Of a DNA stretch of 64,000 bases, positions 24,806 through 37,291 are shown piece by piece; within the stretch, counting starts at the first letter, position 1, and the number at the start of each line of letters is the position of its first letter. Position numbers and translations under genes: made by a program. The stretch covers positions 62,001 through 126,000 of the forward strand of contig NMRA01000099.1 of the NCBI GenBank assembly GCA_002633005.1, read 5' to 3'. Below the pieces are notes generated by a model. It saw only the letters and a program-made list of their open reading frames with translations. It was not told the DNA's origin and made no database searches. The DNA comes from Phoronis australis (lineage: Eukaryota; Animalia; Phoronida).

Positions 24806-25036
24806 GACTGATTCATAGACTTTTTGACAAGTCAAAGCTATATCGACTTATTCATAGACTTTTTGACAATTCAAAGCTATATCGGCGGATTCATAGACTT
24901 TTTGACAATTCAAAGCTATATCGACTGATTCATAGACTTTTTGACAATTCAAAGCTATATCGGCGGATTCATCGTCTTTTTGACAATTCAAAGCTATATC
25001 GACTGATTCATAAACTTTTTGACAATTCAAAGCTAA
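24806..25036. repeat. 39-bp minisatellite, ~6 copies
   Basis: Unit attcatagactttttgacaattcaaagctatatcg(actg/gcgg). Confidence 0.95.
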
Positions 25037-27697
25037 TTTTGTAAAAAAAATTGATGATGCTTCGCCAGGTAAACTTGCAGGCTGAAATTCAGGATCGTCT
25101 ACTATCCGACGTACCCTAAGCCGCAAAGTGCACTTTATCTAGCTAATGTGAAAAATCTGAAGTTGTGCTAGTCAATGAAATTGGCATTTCCGTGACATTG
25201 GACTTGGGATTGGTGGAATTCGGTCTGCTCCAGAAATTCAAGGGACCTTGAAACCCGGCGCACCTAAGCAGCCACGGAAGAGGACCCTTTAAATGTGTAC
25301 ACTCAAAGAATGTTTCTAGCTACGTGAACTTTCCCAAACTGGACCCTAATCAAGTGAATTTTGGCTTTAGGTCACACTTTCACTCTCCCAAAATGGTCAA
25401 AACTGTAACCGAAGTTTTCGAGACGATGTTCCTCCGCCTATTCAATTCCAACGTGATCCTATTGCTCCTCGTGGCCGATGTTGGAGTTTCTTGCCTTACG
25501 TTTATACCCCATGACGAGTGATGCCAGCACCCTAAAACTGAATTTCATAAAAAGAGTATCTTAAAGGTTAAAATTCATGCCCTAAACGCATAACGCGGGG
25601 ATCGTGTTCACGTGTTAAAGGTAACTGCTCTAACTGACTTTCGTTGACACACGGGTACCCAGGTTTTTAGTTGGTGGCAGCCTCCCCGGTTTCAGCCTCC
25701 CAAACAACGAAGTCCTCACGCCTGTGGCGAGAGGGTTGGTGTACAAATTAGGCGAAGACGAAGGGACCGCGAAAGTGGTGACGATAGCAGACCGAGATCC
25801 AGAGCACTTGCCAACGATGATCGAGTTAACAACATCTGGCCACAGGTCACTTAGAATGCATCTAAGTGAGTACAGAATTGAAGGCCCGCCGGTGTCTGCA
25901 CTCTGGATGTGACCCTTGGGGACCTTACAAAGGGTCAAAATTGAGCTAGATTAGATATTCAGGGCACCGGCCAAAACTCATTTAAAGTGAACAATCGTGC
26001 CACACTGAGCACTGAATGACCTGAGACAGAAAACATAAAATGATTGCATGTTCCTGAAAAAATCCAGTGAGCAACCCAAAAAGGAACCCCTAAAGTAGAC
26101 CTAACTCAAGCATTCGAAGTACCAAAAAATAACAATTCCATATTATGCATTTGGCGCCACTGATCACTAAGAGCCTGTCGGACAGACAAAATACACTCAG
26201 GCTCTCTGGAATGAGCCCGTCAGAAACCCGTGGAATGATGCTGAAAATGTGAGCTAGATTTGAAAACCGAGGTATGACTAACCCCGAAGACTGCGTTCAG
26301 TCTCATGGCGCGATGCCACATTGAGCACCACTTGCACTTAGGAAAGGCTTTTCAGAAGCTCAAAATGACCCCCAAAATTAAACTACTTCCAACATTTGAG
26401 GTAACTCAATAATAATTTCATATAATTCTAATAGCTTTTGACAGATAGAGTAGGCCGCCAGAAACGTTTAAACGCTGAATGCCGTTGAATTTTCTTAGCT
26501 AAATAAGTTATTCGAAGTACCGGTCACACTGAACCCCGGCTGAATGAAATTTACAACCTGAAAAATGCCCACCAACCCCAAAACTGACCGGCCAAATTTG
26601 AGCAAACTTTCACATTTAACTTGAAGGTACCACAACTCCCACTTGCAAATGAATCAGTGAACTCACTGATCACGACTTGGGTAGTATGCCAGAACAAAAA
26701 CTTAACTCAGTTTAGCCTGCCAGAAGTAACACTTTCACGACAAACACGCTTAACTAAACCTAGTTAAAACAATCGGCACGTATGTCCCGTAGTTGAGGAG
26801 GTGCAAATTCCCGCCGGGCAAGTAAGTCTGAAAATTTAGTGGCCCGGCTGCCAAGTTGCTTTTAAAATTTACTGGCCGGCTCGGCCTCAAATCCACTGGC
26901 ACCGGGCCACCGGTTCCAACGTTGGTCAGGTAACGGAGAACAGCCTGTACAGGTACACAAAAGTGCACGGCAAACGACGGTGAGTTCCAATTGTTTTTCT
27001 GGTCTCTCTCCTCCATGCCGAATTAGCTTTAGGCCCCTCTGCCCCAACCCACGGCTGTAATGTTTGCCTTTGTTCGCCTCTATGGGACTGTGAGAAGGCT
27101 GCGTATTTTCACGGTTAGGCTAGTAACGGACTTCTCCTCACCTGATGAAGGAATGAACGCCGCAGAAACTGAACTTGGATTGTGGCAGGTCTGCAGTGCG
27201 AGTGTCTGACGGGCAAAATCCTGGCTAATACTCTGCCCTGTCCCCCGGGGCCCCTGAAATCAAAATCTTGGATCCGCCCCTGACAGTGGTTTCAGTTAAT
27301 TCATTTTTGGCAGCTACTTGTATACCTCAGACGTTTGGTCTTAGCTCAGGCTAATACTGGGGAAGAGCAATTTTAATCAATAGGAATGGAAACCGGAATT
27401 TAAATTGAGATACGTTTTAATATCTACTGGTTTGTAACGAATTGGCTAACCCGCTGCTGACATGCTAAATTAAAAGCGTTCTTTCGCTTCATGTCCACCT
27501 GTTTAGGTGGCTAAAGACGAAAATCGAGTTAGGCCTTTCAGGTGTTTTACTCTCACTCGGCGATTGGCCCAACTTGTGTTTCGTCCAGACGGTCTCGCCA
27601 CCTGGTGACTGTCAATGAAATTACAAAGCGCCATCTTTCAGACCACTGCAAGTCGCTGACCAATCCGAGATCAATTTGCAATTTGGTACGGTGCACG

Positions 27698-29584
27698 ATG
27701 GCTGCCGAGGATTTGGGATCAGTTATTTTCAAAGAAAGGAACCAATGCAAGACTGTTCTACAAGCTCTGTACGATCTGAAACAAAGTTCTACCTTCTGTG
27801 ATGTCATTCTTAAAGTCTGTGAAAAGGACATTTATGCTCATTCTAACGTCTTAGCGGCAGCGAGTCCATACTTTTCAACGGTGTTACAAAATGATGCCCC
27901 ACGAGTGTTCTCTCAGAAAAACCCGCAAATAATTGAAATACAAATACAAGGCAACGACGACCTTTCTTGTCAATATTATGATGTTGTGAACACCCTGGTG
28001 GACTATATGTACTCTGGAGAAATGAAAGCTGACTTGAAATGGCTTGAAAAGCTTCGAGAAATGGCTGTGATAATGGGGCTTGGCCAGGTGATTGTATTTT
28101 GTGACGGGAAAGCCAAATCAAAAACCCGCCTGGGATCACGTTCCAAAAGATCAAGAGGCCAAAAAAGGACTGCTGAAGATGTTGACGAGGAGAGTGACTT
28201 TTCTGAGTTTTCCCTAGAAAGTAGTGATGAGGAAACACCAATTGTGAGAGTTTCGAAAAGAGGCCGGCCTCTGAAAAAACGGATTATTAAGGATTTAGGA
28301 AGCCAATCGTTGGGTTATGGACACAGGAAAACAACTCGTGACCTTGACAGACAAGAAAGTCCAATGCAGGATGGAGAGGATCAAAAACTTAAAATTGATG
28401 CGAAACACTTTTGTGAGCAATGCAATTACTCTACTTCCAGAATGTCACATTTTAAACGTCACCTCCGACAAACGCATTCATCCCGTGTGTCAAATGACAA
28501 TACCGATGAAACCAACGGTGAAAAAACTTGTGATGAGTGTGAGTTTACTACCGATAACAGCGACCTTTTCCGCCAACATCTGCTTGAGCACACGAAGGCG
28601 AAATACAAGTGCAAACAATGTGATTTTGTGACTCCGAAACGCAAAGAACTTACAAATCATACAAGGGAACATCAACATGCTAAGAACACTTGCAGCTTTT
28701 GCTACCTTCAACTTGAGAGTCAGGAACTGCTGACAGATCATTTGAAATTGCATACGGGTGAATACCCATACGTATGCCCAGTTTGCAGTGCTAAATTCAA
28801 AACGAGAAACCAGTTTAAACTACATTACCCCAAGCATTTGGACACGAAACCTTTTGTGTGCGAGGTGTGCAATGCTGCTTTCAAGTGGAAGCATGCACTC
28901 AAAAACCATATGATTGTTCATAGCGACTCCAAGAACCATTTGTGTGACACATGCGGCTATGCAACAGCCCACAAGTCTCAGCTGAAGGCGCATCGCCTGA
29001 TACACACAGGAGACACGTTCAAGTGTTCCTATTCTGACTGTAAGTTTCAAGCCACAAAACGGCAGAACCTGAAATATCATCTCCTGACACACACAGGTGA
29101 AAAACCCCACCAGTGCGAGATCTGTGGTCAAAGCTTCTCATTAGTTAAGAATATGCGGCGACACATGATGCTACACTCCAACAATGCCATTCTGTCATGC
29201 GAACTCTGCCAGTTTACTACGCATCGTTCTGATAAGCTTCGCGAGCACCAACGCAAACAGCACGACATCGGGAAACCACCAGAAAAACGCTTCACTGTAG
29301 AACAAGCCGTGTTGGCATCTAAGGACACCGTAGAACAAACTGTGCATACCATTAACATTGAGACTCAGCCTGTTCTTGAAATAAATCAATCCTTAGATGC
29401 CGCCATCACACCCACAATAACGTCAGACTCTATAGCCATGGTGAGTCAAGTTCTGAATCTGGACACGACTCATCCTATCATATTGCAAACATCAGGACAA
29501 ACCTATACTTTGTTACAAACCAGTGATCAAGGCCAACAGAGGTTGGCTCAGACTTTCCAAACCATGCAGTACCCGACACAGTAA
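27698..29584 (+). CDS. BTB/POZ domain plus 10 C2H2 zinc finger transcription factor (ZBTB-like), 628 aa, CDS uninterrupted
   Basis: BTB motif FCDVILKV..IYAHSNVLAAASPYF..LVDYMYSG; acidic linker; KRGRP AT-hook-like motif; 10 C2H2 fingers with TGEYPY/TGEKPH linkers; Q/T-rich tail. ATG at 27698 in good context (acgATGg); splice acceptor tttcag| at 27541. Confidence 0.95.
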   Translation: MAAEDLGSVIFKERNQCKTVLQALYDLKQSSTFCDVILKVCEKDIYAHSNVLAAASPYFSTVLQNDAPRVFSQKNPQIIEIQIQGNDDLSCQYYDVVNTLVDYMYSGEMKADLKWLEKLREMAVIMGLGQVIVFCDGKAKSKTRLGSRSKRSRGQKRTAEDVDEESDFSEFSLESSDEETPIVRVSKRGRPLKKRIIKDLGSQSLGYGHRKTTRDLDRQESPMQDGEDQKLKIDAKHFCEQCNYSTSRMSHFKRHLRQTHSSRVSNDNTDETNGEKTCDECEFTTDNSDLFRQHLLEHTKAKYKCKQCDFVTPKRKELTNHTREHQHAKNTCSFCYLQLESQELLTDHLKLHTGEYPYVCPVCSAKFKTRNQFKLHYPKHLDTKPFVCEVCNAAFKWKHALKNHMIVHSDSKNHLCDTCGYATAHKSQLKAHRLIHTGDTFKCSYSDCKFQATKRQNLKYHLLTHTGEKPHQCEICGQSFSLVKNMRRHMMLHSNNAILSCELCQFTTHRSDKLREHQRKQHDIGKPPEKRFTVEQAVLASKDTVEQTVHTINIETQPVLEINQSLDAAITPTITSDSIAMVSQVLNLDTTHPIILQTSGQTYTLLQTSDQGQQRLAQTFQTMQYPTQ

Positions 29585-30917
29585 AGCCCTTGGAAGGAAT
29601 ACTTACAACTGCCGAGATCTTGAGTAATTAACACTGTTCACCTGTATATTTTAAGCAATTATGGTATGGATGGATATTTAAACCTGCATTTTGCCCTCTT
29701 TGACTGCCTTCAAGTCAAATTTGGCCAAATCGGTTCCATAATATTCCTTAGCATGGGTGGCATTCTGTTCCGTTACTCAACAAGAAAATGGAAACTCTCA
29801 GCCAGTCTAGAATACTCTCCAGTTTATTGGGGTTGGACAACCTTAAAGTTGTGAATTTGGAAATGGTGCACGTATGCATTGCCTGTAATTTGTGTTGCCA
29901 GCTGATTGTGAAACAATTCAAGATCGGAGGAGCATGGTTATGTTTTTATACCCTTTTAGCTTTTTGGTTAAGAATTCAACATTGAAAATTAAACAATGGT
30001 GAAATGCCCCTCTAATTCTTTAAAAATGTATTATTGAGAAAGTTATGGAATACCATATTTTTTAGCAATATTGTTGTGTCGTGTTGCCAATGACAATATT
30101 TTTGTTTAACCTAATCGTCTGTATGCATTGTATGCATTTATTCCTGGTTGGGTTCACTTGTCAAGTGATATTTTGTATCGCATATTAAATGGTAAAAAAT
30201 GCAAACTATTATTGTCTTGATTCTTCTTATGGGTTGGTCATCCTTGGTCAGAGGGTAAAATTTAACTGCTTTGGGACACAACATGGTTAAATTTTATTAT
30301 TGATTTTGTTATGAAATATATTAGTTATATTATTTTTAACTTCTCTATCATGGCTACCCTCAAAGTTTTTGGAGGTTGTGAGCATATGCAAGTTTGTACA
30401 AGCCTTCAAGAACAATCTTGGCAATTATTTTTTTCCGAAATTGGCGAGATTTGACTAACAATGTATGGTGTGGTTTAGAATTGGAATGTTATTAGAATTG
30501 CATTGTATAGAATACGATTACATTTAAAATTGCTTGTGGCAGCATTTTGCTGCTTAGCAAGCTAAAATAGAAAATCTAATTGGGCCTTTTACTCTCATGA
30601 ATTGGTCTCGTCATACTCCTTGCCACGATAGGATTCTATTCTGTGCTAATTTTTCTGGAAACGGGTGATTTCGCATAAACAATCTTGACATTGGCCTCGT
30701 TAAACTTATACACCTGGATTTTTCCAATCTTTAGAAAAACTTGCAATGCATGTGATCCAAAGTACATCCCACCAACTCCACTCTCTTATCACCTCACTAC
30801 GCTCTAATATTGGACAAGCTGCTGACATTAGACATAAACTAAGTTGAAGACAACACCAAACAAGAGTTGTGTTGATGCAAGTCACTCTTTGGCTTAAGCA
30901 GGGTCTTTAGGTAACTA

Positions 30918-31152
30918 CAGGGCTTGGAATTACCAATGACAAAAAAGGGGAAATTTTCCAGGTGATGTGTCATTCTACAAATAAATAGGTTTGTGTGATA
31001 GAAATATTTTTGTGTTGTAAAATTTAAGTGAAATAAACGTTTTTGCGTGAACTAAGTTAAAATGATAAAAAAGAGGTAACTGGAAATCAAATCAGAGGAA
31101 ATCAAAATCTAAAAGAGGAAATCCTCTGAAAAGAGGAAAATTCCAAGTCCTG
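30918..31152. mobile_element. Small TIR MITE
   Basis: TIRs CAGGGCTTGGAATT / AATTCCAAGTCCTG, flanked by the direct repeat taacta. Confidence 0.75.
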
Positions 31153-33241
31153 TAACTAAAAAGGGAAATATCCGAATTGTTGATGCATACGCCTCAGACA
31201 CATCGAGTAATAATCAAAAGTTGTTCATGTGAGGTTGTGCAAATCTACTGACATGTCAATTTATAAAGCGTGTTGCTGGTGAGCTGTCATGTTGATCCGA
31301 GGAAGTTTGTCATTGCATATGTGACTTCTCAAATCATTATTCAAGAATTTTAAACTCTTATTAAAGCAAAAATTACAAAGATGTCTGCTAAATTTACATG
31401 TTTCAGTCCTTATTGAAACTCTTAAGCCGATACAAAAGCTGGCTTGCAAGCAGAAGGCACAAAATACTGCTTGTCCAGTTGACAAATCTATAAAAACGTC
31501 AATTTTGTGATGGATTAGTTATAGTTACGAAGGTACATCTTGAGATACTCGAGCAATAAAAAGTCTATGGCCCTGGTCATCACAATTCGCCCCAGTTTTG
31601 AACTAAGTGCAGCGAAAAATCAGAGAATAAAAGAGCAGTCAGTAAATCTAGACTAACTAAAAAACTACAAATCCTAGTGAGAACGGATAACACTTCAGAA
31701 TGCCCTTGACCAGATCTATTAGTATTCAGATAAATGTCAGACAAAGGATGTCTGTGCTATGGCTTCAACCAAAAATATACAATAGGTCAATGTACAACTG
31801 CTGACAAGACAGGTGTTAAGTACAAATTTCGTGTCAATCTGACAAAACATTGCAGCCTACAACGGGGGTCATTCGAGCAATTCCAAATGATCAGCCAACA
31901 AATGAACAATAGCTTCAATAGCTTGAGAACAGTGTAAGTCATAGAGAGAAACATTCAAACTCCAGATGGCGCTTGGCGTCATACTCAAATTACCAAGTTT
32001 CAGGAACATCCATCAATAGACACTGCAGCTATGGCTCCATAAAGAGAAAAACCAGAAATTGGGATGCCACAGCACCATATTGCATCAGACTTCAACCAAA
32101 AATAGTCTTATAAGCTACTGACAAGTGTAAGTTTCATGTTCATCAAATAGGAAAGTTAATGCAACCTGTAGCATGCTAAGAAACACAAAAACTGAGAAGT
32201 CAAAAAATCAGAGAAACCAAGAACAAATCAGTAATACGATAAGTATATTTGATGTCGTCTGCCCACATGAAATCTGGTGTTTCACAACCTATAATCGTGT
32301 CCATGGTTTACATTAAGAAGCATACGATAAACAAGATTAATGTCCAAATTCATCGTTAATATTTACAATATTTTACATAACCTCTTTCTGTGGATACCCA
32401 TCAAGAGGCCAATGTCGAAGGCGTGACTACTTCATACACAAATTCCTGAACCTCCAAGCCCTGTGTGGTACAGTAATTCATCGCTAAGTTGGAACACAAT
32501 GTGACAGAAAAGCCAATTTTGTTTGTCAAATTTTGGTAAAAAAATAAACATTTAAAAAAGTATAATTATAGTTAGTGTGACTTGAACATCAGGGATCAGA
32601 CCAGTCATAGCCAAGATGTTTGCAGGCACATTAATGCAAACGCGATGCTGCATTTTTTAGAAAAGGGAAAATATGGCAGCTGATGTAAAGTTGACTTGCT
32701 TAGCAACCGCCTTCACGAGCAATATTAATAAAATGATTGCGTACAAATTAAAATGAAACTATTATGACCATCTTAACTAAAACTTATAACCTTTAAGAAA
32801 ACAGGTCAAAACAACACTTTTTCATAAAATTTTCATCAAGTGAAGCAAACTCTGAAATATGGAAATGACAACTTTGACAAATCATTTTTGTGCAAAGACA
32901 TTAATGTACATACAAGCTCCAACACGTGAATTAGCGCCACTTAGTGTTCGGTCATGAAACCAGCCTATTCGCAACCATCCAGCAGCCATAGTGCTAACCT
33001 CACATAAAAGACAACCTGTGGATTTCACTTCCATCAACTAAGCTTGTGATTATGATCAGTCAGTTCTTGCCAAGTCGATAAAGCAATTCTCATCTTGCCC
33101 TAGCACAACACGAGTTCAAAAGTTGAAGTACATGATGTAGAAATCGACAAAGGTAGTTGCTTTGACAATTTGATACAGAACTGAGAATACCGGTAATTGA
33201 ATGGAAAAACGATTATTGTTGCCACACACTTCAATCTGCCA

Positions 33242-33358
33242 TCACAAATACTGCTTGGCCATTGTTTGGAGAAATTTCCGTTTCCTTCGTTCTGCTGCCT
33301 TGTGGAGAACTTCCTCTGGATTACTGCTGTTCAGTTCCAACTCTGCGATCGCTTGAAG
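33242..33358 (-). CDS. INTS8: Integrator complex subunit 8, terminal exon
   Basis: tttcag|LQAIAELELNSSNPEEVLHKAAERRKRKFLQTMAKQYL* matches the INTS8 C-terminus (ELNASNPEEVLQLAAQRRKKKFLQAMAKLYF). Confidence 0.93.
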   Translation of the reverse strand, partial: LQAIAELELNSSNPEEVLHKAAERRKRKFLQTMAKQYL

Positions 33359-33949
33359 CTGAAACAAAGAGAACAAATCACCAATGGGACACATTTCCAA
33401 CTCTGGGTCTAAAACCATCAAATTACTAGAAACTCGACTTGAAAACTAAGCAATTGCATGGCATGCTACAACTTTCAAATTTTGCAAGATGTGATAAATT
33501 GAAAAACTCAAGCTTTCTGTCAAGACACAACTTTTGTTATAGGCCACGGACCGCAATCTCATCTTGTTCTTTACACAATTTAGAAACAATTTCTGGGCTT
33601 CATAATAACAGGTTTATTGTTAGCTTCAAATCAAGCTCATAAAGTTGCTCGTCATGGCAGGATAGTTTCAGCCAGATGCCAAAGCAATATGGCCGCCAGG
33701 GGAAGTTCCATGTGTTATATGGCAACAAAATTCAATTCAAGCAAAAGATAAGAACATGATGACGTTGCTTGGAAAGCCATTTTCGTCACCAGAACATGGT
33801 TGACAACGGCTTGAAATGAAGTTGGGAGGTCTCAGGATCAGGTACACCACTCATTAACTGTCTTGTTGAGTCACTGAAACATCACAGACATTGGAACAAT
33901 CTTGACAGACAGAAAATTTCACAAAAGGGAAACCCACCAAATATCTTTA

Positions 33950-34085
33950 GGTCTATTTACAGTAGCACAGGTATCACGTACACTCATGGTGGGCACTTGG
34001 ATTGTATTTGCCCTGGTGCATGGCATGGTTTGAACCCGGGACCTTTTGGGTGTCAGTCCATCACTCTAACAACTACACTATTGAA
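33950..34085 (-). repeat. tRNA-derived SINE fragment in an INTS8 intron
   Basis: Reverse complement tagtgtagttgttagagtgatggactgacacccaaaaggtcccgggttcaaacc has A-box- and B-box-like motifs. Confidence 0.55.
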
Positions 34086-34549
34086 TTACCCAGATACCCG
34101 TGCTTGTTCTAAGTAATGGCCGACGATAGCCGCAGAAATGACGGATTGAGATGCCATGCCAAAGTAAACAGACTAGAAGCTGGTGTAAACAGACTAATAG
34201 ACTTTAGAAACGATCACTCATGTTGAATTTTCTTAATCACCAAAGTCTGACAAAAAATCCACTTGTCCGCTATATTGTGTGCTAAATAAGTGAAGAATCG
34301 CTGTACAGTGAAAGACAGAAGTATTCAAACGAAATGAGCAGGAATTACCCGTCATGACGGCAGTCTGGAAGCTGAATAAAAGGTACTTGACAAGAAAGTG
34401 AGTAAGGTGGCTACGCCATTTTGCAATAAGAATTTCCCACCCTTATAGTTAACCTCTTTACCAGTAATTTTTGCTGTTAATAGAATGACAGGACAACAGT
34501 ACGTTGTCTGATTACTTTTGTCTTGTACTGTAAATACTGGTTTACTTAC

Positions 34550-34593
34550 GGCGATCTGTTTCTTTTCCACTTCTCCCATTCTGTTGTGCAAAT
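34550..34593 (-). CDS. INTS8: INTS8 exon
   Basis: aag|(H)LHNRMGEVEKKQIA|gtaagt; resembles LHHKRGETDKRQIA; phases 1 to 0. Confidence 0.88.
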
Positions 34594-35802
34594 CTTGGGG
34601 CAACGTTAAGTAACAAAGTACAGTATTTTCATGTAACACTGACAATATACTCTTATCACCTTTTCTCCTTTTGTCTACCATTCAGAGAGTGATGAACCAT
34701 TCCCCTGGTGGCTTTAAACAATTCATACAAAAGGTTTCTGATAAGCATAAGGGAAAGTGCCTTTTGCTAGTTGTCACACACACATACACCAAACTACAAC
34801 CATAACAATATCCTATCTCGAATTTATTTCATCTGGTAATGTCTCAAGACTTAACGTCAAGTTGGGACATTCCCTACGGACATGAAATCAAGATAGGATA
34901 TCATAGTAGTATTCATATGTGTGTGCATGCGTGCGTGTGTGTGTATACGTTCCATGTTTATATACATGGTGATCACATATCCTATTTATCCCATATATAC
35001 CAACTCATTTGTGTCATGGTGATGTCTTGTGATCGTGAGCTTTGGTTTGTTTTTATATGATGTGTCATATTTATGTTAAAGGTACTCGCGCCGGTCAAGT
35101 GAAAAGATTTTTCAAGACAACAAGATCCTCAATATCACCGTCAGTTCCAGTAGGGCGATATCTGTTTTGTTTTTCTTCTATTTGTTCAGCGCTGAAATAT
35201 CAAAGTCGATGTCACATCCCAAGTCAAATATTGCCGTACAAAAAAAATCTGATTTTATGCTAACAACAAGAGAAGGGAGAGTGAAGAAAAACTGACAGCA
35301 AACAACTGTTGTGGTAAAAAAAATGAACTCAACTTTGGGTCGCAATTTTCTGTAATCAGTTTTCAGTATAAATGAAAAATTTATTTCATGCAATCATAAC
35401 AAAATATTTTCATTTGATATGAAATAGATTTTGGCTGGAATTACACATGGCACCGTGGTATAGTCACATAAAGGGGTCCCAGATTTTGAGAACCAGTTTG
35501 ATGCCTGTTATTCTGTGGAGAAACTGGTTCTCAAAATGTGGGACTTCTGTAAGCAACTATTGTTTTTTTGCTGGCCCACTGATAAACTAATATTGAGATA
35601 ATTGTAATATTTCTTGATCATGGAATCATAATTCACTATGCAACAGTTAAACTTTTCTGGCATTCGAACGACCAATACTGGTGATAAAAACAGTGCACAG
35701 TGTGAAGAATGTATGGCAAAAAGGCAAAATATCACAGAATTAGACTAGTGCTGTGGTGTTGAGGAACAGGTCTAGTGATGAGTACAAAGACAAAGAGGAT
35801 AC

Positions 35803-35941
35803 GTATGATGAACTCCAGTAGTGTCGGATCCCATATACATGCATAGTAACCATCCATGGCGTCTAAACTGGTCTTCTCTTGAAGTACTTTGAACGCCGTC
35901 GTGTAGTCAGTCTCGTCCAGAAACTGGCACAGTACTGCCGC
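35803..35941 (-). CDS. INTS8: INTS8 exon
   Basis: tatag|AAVLCQFLDETDYTTAFKVLQEKTSLDAMDGYYACIWDPTLLEFII|gtatcc; resembles VAILCQFLREIDYKTAFKSLQE..DAMDSYYDYIWD. Confidence 0.92.
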
Positions 35942-36059
35942 CTATAGGTAAAGTGGGAAAACACAAGTAAGACATCGATGGCCAGTCTCGAAAATGATAT
36001 CATTAGTAGAGAACGTGTGTCATCAGTAACAAAATGAGAACTAGAAAATGACGTTATGA

Positions 36060-36480
36060 CAAGCACATGGTTTTTAGCCTATAGAGGGGCCGATGGCAAT
36101 AAACAGACTGGAAAACAGTAAAAATGGGCACTAGGCGACGCAAAATAAGCCGAATTCATTCGAAAATGTGAGGTGGCGTCATCTTCCTAAAAGATACCTA
36201 TTTGCCAAATCTTATGAAAATCCAAAGATACAGAGGGAAACATAAAAAACTAAAATTGCCACTAGAGGGCACACCAGATCTGTTTTTGTTTTTGTTGATC
36301 TGAAAATTTGCTCATGCCATTCTGTCTATGAAAGAAAAATATGTGCAAAATTTCTTGAACATGCATCAAGAGATTTTGGAGATACAGCAGCAGACGCCAG
36401 ATGGATGGACAGATGGACGGATGGACGGACAGAGATGACGACATAATGTGCCCACATACAAATATAAGGGCACATAAAAA
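36060..36480. mobile_element. Partial Helentron-like (HINE) element, same family as 59109-60420
   Basis: (GGAC/GGAT)n microsatellite followed by gagatgacgacataatgtgccc...gggcacataaaaa terminal stem-loop. Confidence 0.7.
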
Positions 36481-37136
36481 TGGAAGGCCTCTATAACCAG
36501 CCAAGTTGACAAACCACAAATTAAGACAGAGTAAATACTTTCATTAGTTATGTAATTAGCAGTACCTCACATTAAGGTCTACTAATAGCGGCCTCGTTAT
36601 TAACACCAAGACTTTGCTGAATAACCATGAGGAGTCAAGAATGCAATTTTGTTTCACCCTGAGTTGCCAGATCCAAAATGAGATCGATTATTGAAATGTG
36701 AAAATATCATGCATTGGACTCTTTGGTCACTTTGCTGCTTACAGCTAAGTGCATGGCCAATTACTGTCTACTGGACTCCAAAGGCTGAATCGAAGAACTT
36801 CAGAAGGTACCACAGGCATAACTATCATTTTGGGAGGTTGTCAAACTAAACTGCCTGAGGCGTATTCAGTTGCCAGAAAGGAGGTATAAGGTAGTTCAAA
36901 CCAGCAGCCAATCAAATTTCAGTGGTGTCCATTTTGCTAGGATTGGACTAGCAAGGATGTGTTCTTACTTGCCTAAAATATAGACTACACTAGCAAGAAC
37001 CTCAGTCCGTAGATACGAGCTCACCTGCACACATTCCAGCTAGCCATAACGCCACTTTACCAAAGATTTTTGACCTGAAGAGACCCCTAGTTGGAATTAT
37101 GATAATTGTTATCTTACCAAGGAACCCCTCTGATAC

Positions 37137-37291
37137 CTGAGTAAAACACTGTAAATTGATGCAAGACTTGAGCATTTTCTTGAACGTCTGATCGTCAAAG
37201 AGGTAGCGAGGAAGTGGCTTGGAAAAGTAGTCCGTCTCAATAATGCCGCATTCCAGATAGCAACGAAGGGCGGAGGAATACTGGCAAGAAC
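37137..37291 (-). CDS. INTS8: INTS8 exon
   Basis: catag|GSCQYSSALRCYLECGIIETDYFSKPLPRYLFDDQTFKKMLKSCINLQCFTQ|gtatca; resembles QYSAALHYYLQAG..DQVIKRMIKCC..CHTQ. Confidence 0.92.

Noticed and set aside
24778-25126. Repeat-protein ORFs and a CRISPR-like look
   Set aside because: Contiguous 39-bp units with no unique spacers; the ORFs arise from unit length.
27135-27180. CTGATGA...GAAAC hammerhead-like words
   Set aside because: Stems I-III and a cleavage triplet could not be formed.
25140-27240. Transposon-like GC-richer tract with short ORFs (25630-25938, 26750-27047)
   Set aside because: No termini, TSD or protein motif could be supported.
27553-29389. Several antisense and alternate-frame ORFs
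   Set aside because: Shadows of the BTB-ZF coding sequence.
34025-34085. Possible tRNA gene (also 8125-8190)
   Set aside because: A/B-box-like motifs only, with no intact acceptor stem; treated as SINE heads.
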